Assembly: GCF_030144855.1 (NCBI RefSeq)
Contig: NC_082710.1
Coordinates: 20,956,001-21,020,000 of the forward strand
From: Hypanus sabinus
Taxonomy: Eukaryota
Length of the DNA: 64,000 nucleotides
Reading direction: 5' to 3'
The notes under the pieces were generated by a model, which was not told where the DNA came from, did not search any database, and was given only the letters and a program-made list of their open reading frames with translations. Position 1 is the stretch's first letter. The number at the start of each line of letters is the position of its first letter. Both the position numbers and the translations under genes were made by a program. Shown piece after piece: positions 12,152 to 23,534 of the stretch.

Positions 12152-13383
12152 AACTGAACCATCTTGTAAAATGGTTGCTCAATCTGTGTTTGTTTTCCCT
12201 GGTGTGGAGGAGGCCACATTATGGGTACTGAACACAATAAGTAAATTGGAAGAAGAGCAGTCGATCACTGGAAGGACAGTCCAGAACAATGCATTTATAA
12301 TTTGGAAAGGAAAGAGAAAGAGAAAGATGTGTCTGGCAAAGGAACTTCAGTTCTATTTCAGAATTCCAGAATCTGCAGTTCTATGGTTTTCTAATCAGGC
12401 AAAATGTTTAAAAACATTTTTTTCTATTTGCCTTCATTAGGAGGCAAGTATAAGTTTGCTTCTAGAGGATGTCATAAGGCTGAATTTAACTTCACCCCTC
12501 CTGCCAACTGGACAAGAACTGATATAGGGTTGAGTCTCATCTAGTCATTTGATGCTGATCACCTTTTTAACAGCCAGCAAGCCTCTCACCACTGTCTGAG
12601 CACTACACTGAAACTCAATGATTTCAGTACGACCTATCCTTTACTGTTGCATGGGCAGAATAGGGTCAGAAGGGGCTACATACAATTAATTGTTTTTGCA
12701 AGTTTGCACATCCTCTGGGAAACTTATCTCACTGGGAATCTCTATTACTCTACCCATTCCTCACTCCACTGTCCCTACAACTTCCTCTCTGAATGCTGGT
12801 GAGTATTCCCGCATATTAAATCAAATTGCAACTAAGACCCACTCATCGTTATAGTGTGGTTTCAGACTGTCAAAGAAATCTGTGGATTAAATATGAGGAG
12901 AACTTTAATTTCTCCAATAACAGGCATGAAAGGCTCAACTACTTTAAAGGGTATATACCGACTTAAAACAAATATGGGTATCTGAGTAACCCATAGAGAG
13001 AACTGTTTAAATAATGAAGGCTGGATTTTGCTTATAGATTCCAATTGTCCAGAATATAACTGGTAGCATTTATCCAATGTGGTAGGAAGTTTAACAAAAT
13101 TCATAACCCTACATTTTCAAAGTCAAAGTAAATTTATCATGATGTTAAACTGATGTTATACTCCATTTTGGCCAGTTTTCTTAAAATGTCTGTATCTATT
13201 TTCATTTTTTACATGCTCTTTTCACTTGCAAACCTAAACATTAACCATTCTCACTCAAGCCACTAATATAAATGGTATTGTATTGTATGGTCCAATATTG
13301 GTTGCGGTGGCAACCTACTGATTCTTCATTCTTTTTACCTTTCGGACACTAGTGATTAAGGGTAATACATCTCTATATACTGA

Positions 13384-13403
13384 CACACACACACACACAC
13401 ACA
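13384..13403. repeat. (CA)n microsatellite
   Basis: Dinucleotide run. Confidence 0.9.
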
Positions 13404-14734
13404 CTCAATATTTCTCCTCTTGACCACTGCCCATCTACAGGTTCCTAGTTAATAATCATTAAGAACATCCTGATAATGGTCCATGAAATCCAAGATCTTC
13501 TTAGTTTCACTTCACTTTCCAGCAGCAAGTATTGACAGATGGAGAACAGTCCATTAAGCCAGGTAGAGTTTGCTTTTGTAGTAAGGTGCAACTTGTATCA
13601 ATCAAAGGTCACGTACTTCCAGCTTAAAACGCTTTGCTGAGATTTGAAAGATTAACAGACTTGATCTTAAGGGAGAAACCTGTTTAGTCTGTTTGGATTT
13701 GATTATTTTCTCCAGATTTTGAACAGTGGAACTTAAAACAAATCCCAGTGACAGTAAAATATACAAGCAAATGCTTATTAGAAGCTACAGAAAATTGTTC
13801 TGAGTCAAGTTGTTCAGCTGGAACCTTACCTCAGTATTTATCTTTAATTCTCTCCAAATAAAGTAATAAAAGAAATTCCTGAATAATTGGATGATTTTAT
13901 AGCTTTGTGCAGGCATCTTGGTAATTGTACAATTCCCTGGACATATTGAAACGAAATGTCTGGCTTGAAGGAGGACCCAAGAGGATGGTAGTACATCTGA
14001 GAACCTTGAAAGTGAATTAATTGAGGACTTCAGCACTGGGGCATCCTGATTATAAGCAGTCTTTTATCATTCAAATTGATGCTGGAAGATGGTTTTGGCT
14101 GGATCAGAATAATTATGAGAAGATCTTAACTTATCTAAGTACAGGATAACGCTGGGAAGGCTTTTGCTGTTGAGCATCGGAAAAGTAGCATTAATTTTAA
14201 TAGAATCAATGCTTACTGGTCATATATCATTATTCACCAATTATAACATAGCCAACATGAATAAAATACATTGGATTTTATGGAGTGAATTTCCAAAATG
14301 TCTCTCTGTGGTAATTTTGGTAGCGCTTCACCATTCTCTTGAGTGTCCTGCAACAAGCCACATTCTTCCACAGTTCAGTGCAAGTTTCTGGGTGGGATCC
14401 ATAAAAGTGTTTAATCAATTAATAATCACAGGATCCTGGTTTTTTAAAGCTCAGCAAAGTTCATGTGACAGTGGCAAATGATTAGCCCAAAACATGTCCC
14501 CTAATTCTAGGCTTTGGAAACACACGTCTTATAACCTGCTTTCACACCGAGCACTTCTGTCTGCATCAGGTACATATGCGATAAGTTATGTAATTCAAAT
14601 GTAAGCAGCTTCTGGGTTTTAATCGTATATGGGTTTCAATCTTTGCAATCTTTTAGAGTATAAGAAACATTTAAATTATTTTTACAAACACAAGAAAATC
14701 TGCAGATGCTGGAAATCCAATGCAACACACACAA

Positions 14735-16304
14735 GGCAAGGTAGAAGGTCCAGATGGAGTACCTGGTGAGGCTCTGAAAACCTGTGTCAACCAACTAGTG
14801 GGAGTATTCAAGGACATTTTCAGCCTCTCACTACTTCGGGCAGAAGTTCCCACTTGCTTCAAAAAGGCAACAATTGTACCAGAGGCTAAGAAGAGTAATG
14901 TGAGGTACCGAAATGACTATCGCCCAGTAGCACTCACATCAACAGTAATGAAATAATTTGAGAAGTTAGTCATGATTAGACTGAACTCCTGCCTCAGCAA
15001 GGACCTGGACCCATTGCAATTTGCCTATCACTACAATAGGTCAACAGCAGATACAATCTCAATGGCTCTCCACACGGCTTTAGACCACCTGGACAACACA
15101 AGCACCTATGTCAGGATGCTGTTCATTAACTATAGCTCAGCATTTAACACCATCATTCCCACAATCCTGATTGAGAAGTTGTAGAACCTGGGTTTCTGTA
15201 CCTCCCTCTGCAATTGGATACTCGACTTCCTAACCAGAAGACCACAGTCTGTGTGGATTGGTGATAACATATCCTCCTCACTGACAATCAACACTGGGGC
15301 ACGTCAGGGGAGTGTGCTTAGCCCACTGCTCTGTTCTCTGCATACACATGACTGTGTGGCTAGTCACAGCTCAAATAACATCTATAAATTTGCTGAGGAT
15401 ACAACCATTGTTGGTAGAATCTCAGGTGGTGATGGGAGGGCATACGGGAGTGAGATATGCCAGCTAATGGAGTGGTGCCGCAGCAACAACCTGGCACTCA
15501 ACGTCAGTAAGATGAAAGAGCTGATTGTGGACTTCAGGAAAGGGTAAGATGAAGGTACACATACCAATCCTCATAGAAGGATCAGAAGTGGAGAGAGTGA
15601 GCAGTTTCAAGTTCCTGGGTGTCAAGATCTCTGAGGATCTAACCTGGTCCCAACATATCGATGTAGTTATAAAAAAAGCAAGACAGTGGCTATACTTCAT
15701 CAGGAGTTTAAAGAGATTTGATATGTCAACAAATACACTCAAAAACTAATATAGATGTACCGTGGAGACCATTCTGACAGGCTGCATCACTGTCTGGTAT
15801 GTGGGGTGGGGGGCACTACTGCACAGGACAGAAAGAAGCTGCAGAGGGTTGTAAATCTAGTCAGCTCCATCTTGAATACTAGCCTACAAAGTACTCAAGA
15901 CATCTTCAGGGAGTGGTGTCTCAGAAAGGCAGCATCCATTATTAAGGACCTCCAGCACCCAGGGCATGGCCTTTTCTCACTGTTACCATCAGGTAGGAGG
16001 TACAGAAGCCTGAAGGCACACACTCAGCGATTCAAGGACAGCTTCTTCCCCTCTGCCATCCAATTCCTAAATGGACATTGAACCCTTGGACACCACCTCA
16101 CTTTAAAAAAAAATACAGTATTTCTGATTTTTGCATGTTTTTTAATCTATTCAATATACAAATACTGTAATTTATTTATTTTCTCATGTGCACACTCTGT
16201 CTCTCTCTTCTATATTATGTATTACATTGAACTGCTGCTGCTAAATTAACAAATTTTACGTAACATGCCGGTGATAATAAACCTGATTCTGATTCAGATT
16301 CTGA
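14735..16304 (+). mobile_element. 5'-truncated Rex1/Babar LINE (RT pseudogene)
   Basis: Near-continuous RT with stops: [82 protein letters not shown]. Ends in AATAAA plus a (GATTCT)n tail and interrupts a Penelope tail repeat. Confidence 0.93.
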
Positions 16305-18118
16305 AAATGCTGGAGGATCTCAGCAGCTGAACTCAGTAAGCAGTCAATCTTACAGCCTGAGACCATTGTTCAGGATCTGAAGAACCTTTCTGATCTGTCA
16401 CATCGACTGTACTCTTTTCCATAGATGCTGCCTGACCTGTGTCGAGTTCCTCCAACGTTTTGTGTGTGTTGCTTTAAATTTTCTTTGCCTGGGCTTTTTT
16501 TTTGGAGATGAATTTTCGCCATATCTTGTTCAAATGCCTGGGATTGATCAGGAAGAAGAACTTCAGTTCACTGCACTAAGATTAATACTCAATGGTGTTG
16601 TGTAATTCAGCTTACAATGTAGCTTAGTAGAGCTGATGCAAGTGTTTGTCAATTTTTATCTACCCATGAGAGTTTGTTAAGACCATGTTAACTGAGTTTC
16701 TACAGTGTGTCAAAAAACCTGTTCACTTTGCCATTTATATTTAATAAACCTTTCTGTCAGTTTATAGCCTAAGCCACGATCAAGCAAAAAGAGTTTCTTT
16801 AATTTTATGGTCTTTCAAAGTCAACAATAGTCTGGCAAAGACCCATAAAATGAGTAAGGAAACAATGTTAACAGGAGCATTCTGAGTGATCCCTGAACTC
16901 GCTACTACTTAACGAAATATCACTCCATTTCAAACAGAATGAAGCTCACTTAAGGAACTACTGAAGTGGGAGATCAAAGACTGAAAGATTAATTGTTTCC
17001 CTTTCCATAGATTCTGAGCTACTGAGTGTCTCCAGCATTTCCTGTTTTTATTTCGGATTTCCAAGAGCTACAGTTTTCTTTTAGTATTCATTAAACTGGA
17101 CAAGATGGAGCTGAGCTGTGGTCTCCATCGAAGTCAGTGCTCTGACAGTCATTTGTTAGGTTCTTAGGGATGGTTTTGGGTACAGAGAAGGGAGTTAATG
17201 GTTATGTTAGGGATTAGGGACAGGGATGTGGAGGAATTAGATGTCTAAAGGGTTTGTTGCTGCTGTTCTACTGTTGTTGCTTGTATTGCTCTGCAAACAT
17301 TGTTCAGGCGCCAACACTCCATGTTGGCCCCAGAATGTGCGGTAACATTTGAACGTTGCCCCCCCGACCACATCCTTCGGTTGTGTTGATCGTTAGTGCA
17401 AAGGACACATTTCACTGCATGTTTCAACGTACCTGTGGTAAATAAATCTGAACCTGATTAAACTAGAACTTAGTGCATGAGACTCAAGAACCTCATCTCA
17501 ACTGAACCCATACAAAACCATGAAAAATAGCTTTGGCTCTGTTGGAGTAAAGTCAATTGTTTTTTTTTGTGGCCAAGTTTAAATCTGTGTGAAATTACTG
17601 ATGTCTAGGATGTATTTGAAGGACAATTGATATTAAATAGTTTTGAAGGACAGCCTTTGAGGTTAAGCATTTTAAAAGGTACATTAGTAAAATTATCCAA
17701 GAGATCAAACAAGAACTATCTGGGACTGATCTCAGGGGTAACATTGGTCCACTGCTCAGCTTCCAACAAAAAAACTGTAATGTAGCTGCAATACCAGTTT
17801 TTTAGTTGCTCTTGATAGGATCTGCATCTCTGTTCATTCTTATCAAGGTAATGTTGTAGTTGTGGCTATGGGGTCAGATATGAGCAGTGGAACCCCCCAG
17901 GCCAATAGTTCCTGCTTCCTAGGTTGAGGCCAAAGACAGAGGTAATGCACTGAGGAGATGGTGGTCAAGCTCCAGGTGAGCCTTACTGCTGTATTCAGGC
18001 AGGTGAAGTTGCCTAGATCCCATCAATTTACCCTAAATACACTGACTTCAACCTTTGCAAGCAGTGACCAGAGTTTCTGTCTGCAGTCTGCAGGCAGGTG
18101 CCATTTAAATGTCTACTT

Positions 18119-18373
18119 AGGGCAGCATTGGAGCGCAGCAGTTAGCATAACGCTATTACAGCACCAGCAACTCACATTCAGTTCTGCAGCTGTTCATAAG
18201 GAGTTTATACATTCATTCCGTGACCGCGCAAGTTGCCTTCAGGTGCTCCGATTCCTTTCACGTTCCAAATACTTACGGGCTAGTAGGTTAATTGGTCACA
18301 TGGGTGTAATTGGGTATCTGCAGATTCATTGGGATAGAACGGCCTGTTACTGTGCTGTATCTCAAAAATAAAT
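18119..18373 (+). mobile_element. tRNA-derived V-SINE with CR1-like tail (HE1-like)
   Basis: tRNA-like head, core aggtgctccgattcctttcacgttccaaa, tail ggcctgttactgtgctgtatctcaaaaataaa. Confidence 0.8.
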
Positions 18374-19647
18374 GAGTAAAATTGTTAGCCCTGTGAGTTC
18401 CAGTAAGATCAATACTGCAAAGTTCTGCCTCACTGAATTCTCCAACTGCGAAGTTCTTCTTTATGGATATCGATGTGACACATTTATTTAAGACTTCACC
18501 TCCGTCCTCTGGTAGCATGAATAGATGGCCACTTCGGTTGCTTCAAGGCCTTTCCCCTTCCATTCTACCCTCTTGCTCCTAATATGTTCACAAAATGCTC
18601 TGATTCAGTAATCCAGGCATCAGTAGACCTACTGTGCTTCACCCAACCAAGCAGGCAAACCACGTTCAGAGGCTCTCACCATGAGCACAAATCTTTCCTT
18701 TTAGAAGTAGCCTGATCCACTGAGAAGATGTCTACAGCCAAGAACAGGTACTTCTCAAATATTCCTCTTTCTCTTTGGTGGACCTGATGAAACCACTAAT
18801 AGCACAGCTCTGTGTCCACTGTTTAAGATCTGCTGGCAGTAAGCAGTCCCTTTGCTAATGAGCGCATTGTAGAAGCAATCTTGGATGCTGAGTTACTTGA
18901 AACCTCATTTCATAGCTGACCGACTTTTCTACGTTATTCTATCTAATTAACATAAATTATCAGTACTGATCTCCCCGCTGGCTTAGCATATAATTGCAAT
19001 GTCCAATGTGCTACTGATCAGTTGAGGAAGTTTCTACCTTTGATCCCACACTTGTGCTGATTTAGCTGTGGATGGAGGAGTGAGTAGGAGGGATTGGCAA
19101 ATGATTATATCATTTAGCTCAGCAGCATGGAGCATCAGATACAGCCATGGTGCATTACCCAGCCAAATAGAGTTTCAACACGAAACATTTGGCCAGACAC
19201 AGAAGATGCATTCACAAATGTGAGGTACTACTTTGTTTTCAGCCTCTTTGGTAGTTACCAACTTAGATTGTTTGCTCTTAGCAAAAGACTATTACAGGTC
19301 TTGATTTAATAGAGCAAATGAAGTAAGAAGAGTTATCGTCATCCATTCCTTTGAATCTGTTCTGCCTTTCAACTTCGTGGTCAACCTTCCCCATTTTCCA
19401 ACACAATCCAATATCCCTTGATTCAATGGCCAGATCTCTATTGATCTTTGCTTTGAATGAACATAACAACCGAGCTTTTACAGCTTTCTGGGTACAGTAC
19501 TCCAAAGGTTCACTACCCTTTGAGTGATGAAAATACCAGATTGTACTAAATACTCAGATAAATAGCCTTTCAATTTGTCTCAAACTTGGCCTACGATAAT
19601 TCACTCCTCAATCAAGGAAAATATCTTCCCTGGATGTTGGTCTGTCT

Positions 19648-19942
19648 AGGGTGGCATGGTAATGTAGTGGTTAGCGCAATGGCTTTACGGCGCTAGCAAT
19701 CACTGATTGGGGTTCAATTCCTGCTGCTGCCAGTAAAGAATCTGTACATTCCCCTTGTGACACGTAGGATTCCACTGAGTGCTTTGGTTTCTTCGCACAT
19801 TCCAAAGATGTAGAGATTAGGGCTAGTGGGTTGTGGATATGCCCCCAGCACATCCTCAGATGTTGCTGTCGTTGACAACATTTCACTGTATGTTTTGATG
19901 TTTCGAGGTACATTGTGACAAATAAAGCTAATCTTCATCTTT
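19648..19942 (+). mobile_element. tRNA-derived V-SINE with a different 3' tail
   Basis: A-box-like gtagtggttagc, B-box-like ggttcaattcc, core tgctttggtttcttcgcacattccaaagatg, tail catttcactgtatgttt...gtgacaaataaagct. A related tail lies at 17300-17455. Confidence 0.8.
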
Positions 19943-20945
19943 AACCATTTCAGAATCTTGTCATTGTTGTCAGTGAATCTTGTCATTGATTTCCAGTCAT
20001 TCTTTCAAACACTCAAGAACGCAGATCTATTCTACTCAATTTCTCATCCGAAAACAAACCCAACATCCAAAAAACCAGTCTTGGGCATCTCTGCTGTACT
20101 CCATTGTGGCCAGTATATTCTTGCTGAGACAATGAGACCAAAATTGTACACAATACTCCAGGTCCAATTTCATTAAGGCCTCAAATTGTAACAAACTTCA
20201 ATTTTTCCAACCTTAACAGTAATTTTCGGTACATGAATACAATCCTACAATCACATTGACCCAGCTCTGTCTCACATTAAGGTCAAGAAAGTCACGGGAA
20301 CTCTGGAAACATCCAAGACAAATCTTGACAGGGCAAAGTGACTCGCTTATTCAATCTCACAGAGGTTTCACTTTGGCAGCTAATAAATGCTTTTCCCGAG
20401 TGTAAAACCAACAGAATGCCGATCCAGAACAAACATGGTAAAAAATGCTCTGGCTTGCCGCCTCCTGGCCTGTCTCAAATTCACCAAATTTGGTAACTCA
20501 ATCTTTCTTTCCGTTTGTACCAGAAATAGCCATTCCTACCTGTCAATAAGTTGCCTCAGTTTTTCTTTTGCAATTCATACAGTCTGCCGACAAGTCATGT
20601 CTCATAGTTCTGCTATTATTAATATAATATAGAAACATAAAAACAGAGTGTGCTTCTAACTGCTACTTCAGGAATGGGAAGTCAAGGAAACACTCAGCAT
20701 TCACCAAGGAAACACTCAAATTTCCCTCTTTTGAAATGGACCAAAACATTTTTACTACAAAATCGTACCATCTTCTATTTTTGTTGGTATTTTTGACTGT
20801 GTTAACTGATTTAAAATCGAAAATATTTTAATTATTTCAGGGCATAGGTCGGTGGTGCTCCAGAAAACTGAAGATTGAGAGTGCAGGAAAATGCATCTTG
20901 CCTGAAATGGAAAGGCTTTCATGTGATTTCTTGCTTTTGTGAAAA

Positions 20946-22179
20946 GGAGATCAGCAGTTTCATGTTCCTGGGTGTCAACACCTCCTAAGATATCTCCTGG
21001 GCCCAACGTATTAATGCAATAACAAATGTAACATACTGTAAGGTTTCAGTACTAATGTAATAGCTGCTCTGTAATGTTCTACTGCTAAGGTAATGGTTTC
21101 TCTATAGCAGCAATGTTTGGGTAATGACTAGGGATAACAGGGCCTTTGGAATGCATTTTAGCCAATGAGTGGGATGTTGTTCTTTCTTGTGGGTCTGGGA
21201 GCAGGGATTTTGCAGTCTTTTGCCAGGGAGAGGTGAAGAGAGAAGACATGAATGGAGAGAGTTGGTAGACTGCCAGACGGAGTGGAGCAGGAGCGAGGGT
21301 CTGAGGGTCAGCTACACTCGGAGGAGGTTGACGGAGAACAAATGAACGGAACCGTGAGCTCCAACGTTGTGCGCTAGACTGTTTCCTGAGAATGGGCCCT
21401 TTTCTTTTTTTTTGTTTCTTTACTAACCATATAGTCGAATTAAGAATTATAAAGCTCATTCGTTTAATCACATATTGTGTACCGTTTGTTATTTCGTGGT
21501 ACTGAGTTGTAACGGGACACATCGCACAGCATCCACCCAAACGAGATTTCTTAAGTTTGGCCGGACCAAAGGCTGTCCTCCCCTAGCCACTAGCCAAACC
21601 TAGAGTTACACAAAGGAGGCATGACAGCAGCTATATTTCATTAGGAGTTTGAGGAGACTTGGTATGTCACCTAGATACTTGCAAATTTCTACAGATGTAC
21701 TGTGAAGAGCATTCTAACTGGTTACATTACTGTCTGGTACAGAGGAGCCACTGAACAGCATTGAAAAAAGCCACAGGAAGTTGTAAACTCAGCCAGCTCC
21801 ATCATGGGCATTCGCCTTCCCAGCATCAAGGACTCCTTCAAAAGGCGATGCCTCATAAAGAAGACATCCATCATTAAGGACTTCCATCACCCAGGATGTG
21901 CCCTCTTCTCACTGCTACCATCAGGGAGAAGGTACAGGAGCCTGAAGACACACACTCAACATTTCAGAAACAGCTTCTTCCCCTCCACAATCAGGTTTCT
22001 GAATGGACAATGAACCCATGATCACTGCCTCACTTTTTGCATTACTTATTTTTTTTTAGATATATTTCTTGTTGTAATTTATGGTTTTTATCGTAATATA
22101 TTGCAATGTGCTGCTGCTGCAAAAGAAAACATTTCACAACATTTGACAGTGATATTAAACCTGATTTTGATTTTGATTC
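20946..22179 (+). mobile_element. Rex1/Babar LINE 3' part, interrupted by a solo LTR
   Basis: F.FLGV...WAQ before the LTR; LYFIRSLRRLG, LLPSGRRYRSLKT and SFFPSTIRFLN after it; (GATTTT)n tail. Confidence 0.9.
21027..21610. mobile_element. Solo LTR (584 bp), Gypsy- or ERV-type
   Basis: TGTAAC...GTTACA inverted termini; perfect 4-bp TSD CAAA (21023-21026 / 21611-21614); the host Rex1 sequence resumes after it. Confidence 0.9.
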
Positions 22180-22749
22180 ACTAATTGTCCTCATCAACTC
22201 AATTGGACTCACCCTATCAGTCTTATCAGTTAGACACACTTTCAAGGAAGCTTGTCAATATTTATTGCTTATTTATATATTATTATTTTGTTTGTTTCTA
22301 TCCTTTTGTCTTTGCACAGCTTGTTGTCTTTTTCACATCAGTTGTTCATCCCTCTTGTGTGTGGTTTTTCATTGATTCTATCATGTTTCTTTGCATTGAT
22401 TGTGAATGCCCACAAGAAAATTAATCTCGGGATGGTATGTATATGGTGACATATATGTACTTTGAATGTACCTTGAACTTTTGAACTTTGATATTCCCTT
22501 TCTTCCACTTGTCCTCCCCCATCTTCCCTGCAACTGAAAACTACTTGTACATCTCTTCTTCCCAGTTACGACAAATGGACACTAAACATTAACAGTTCCT
22601 CTTCCTATAGATTTATCTGACCCTGCTGGGACTTTCCAGCACTTGGTATAGAATATTTCTGCAGAATCATCTTCTCATTGAGACACTCTCTGGGGAGTGA
22701 GTGAAGTGATCTGCTTCTACTCTAGTTCTATGTATCAAAAGGGAATCTG

Positions 22750-23460
22750 CGTCCTCTACCATAGATGGGACAGGTCAAGTTTGCTGTATCGGTCAGCTAG
22801 GTAGCTTGGGAGATGGTATCTCACTTCCACAATTTTTGCAAGGCTTTTGTGTACTCCCAACCAAACAATCAAAATTCTCAAAACTATCCTAAGATGTTCC
22901 TTCTCCATTTCCATTGGCCATTGAGCAGGGATTCCCGTGGACTGGGTGACTACAGACACACATTCATACACCAGCTATTTTTTCAAGCACTTTTTGAAGA
23001 GGGCTTTCAGAACATGCTTGTTTATGTGTTTTCTGTGTCCTCTCAATAATCTTTTGACAAGATAGAGTGCCTGTTTCAGGAGTCTGACCTCAGGCATTTG
23101 AACAATACGAATTATCCACAATAGCCAGCTAGGTGTGGTTGTAAACTCAGTTCTGGAGAATGTAGGCTGTGGGATGATGCTGACGATTTCTTATACTGCC
23201 AATGGATTAAGTGGGCGGCATCTGCTGAGACAATGATGTTTGGACTTCTGCAGTGCTTTGAGTTGTGTTTATTATAAGAATTCCATGTCTCAAAAGTATT
23301 GGCATCAATTTTGCCTGATAGATCAGAACTTGGTGTAAGGTTTGAGTTCATGATTATCTGAATTCATTTTACGCAGTTGGAGAAAGGCTTCATTATTCAC
23401 CAAAAGAAATAATGAATTTCTTCATCAATGACTTTCTTGGCTGAGAAGCGGCTCTAAGTC
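22750..23460 (-). mobile_element. Old RTE-clade LINE fragment
   Basis: Decayed RT-like minus-strand sequence (YADD-region-like gcagatgccgcc at about 23215-23226, LPSYL near 22800); heavily disrupted. Confidence 0.45.
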
Positions 23461-23534
23461 ACAAAAGTGGTCCAAGTTTACCAGGGTCTAATTGTGGAAC
23501 TTTTTGTTTTTGTTGTACAACTGTTGCTCTACAA

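Noticed and set aside
19648-19725. tRNA gene
   Set aside because: The A/B-box-like head continues into a SINE core and tail; no intact cloverleaf.
21129-21142. TAGGGATAACAGGG, 14 of 18 bases of the I-SceI site
   Set aside because: Incomplete, inside a natural solo LTR and with no vector context; treated as coincidence.
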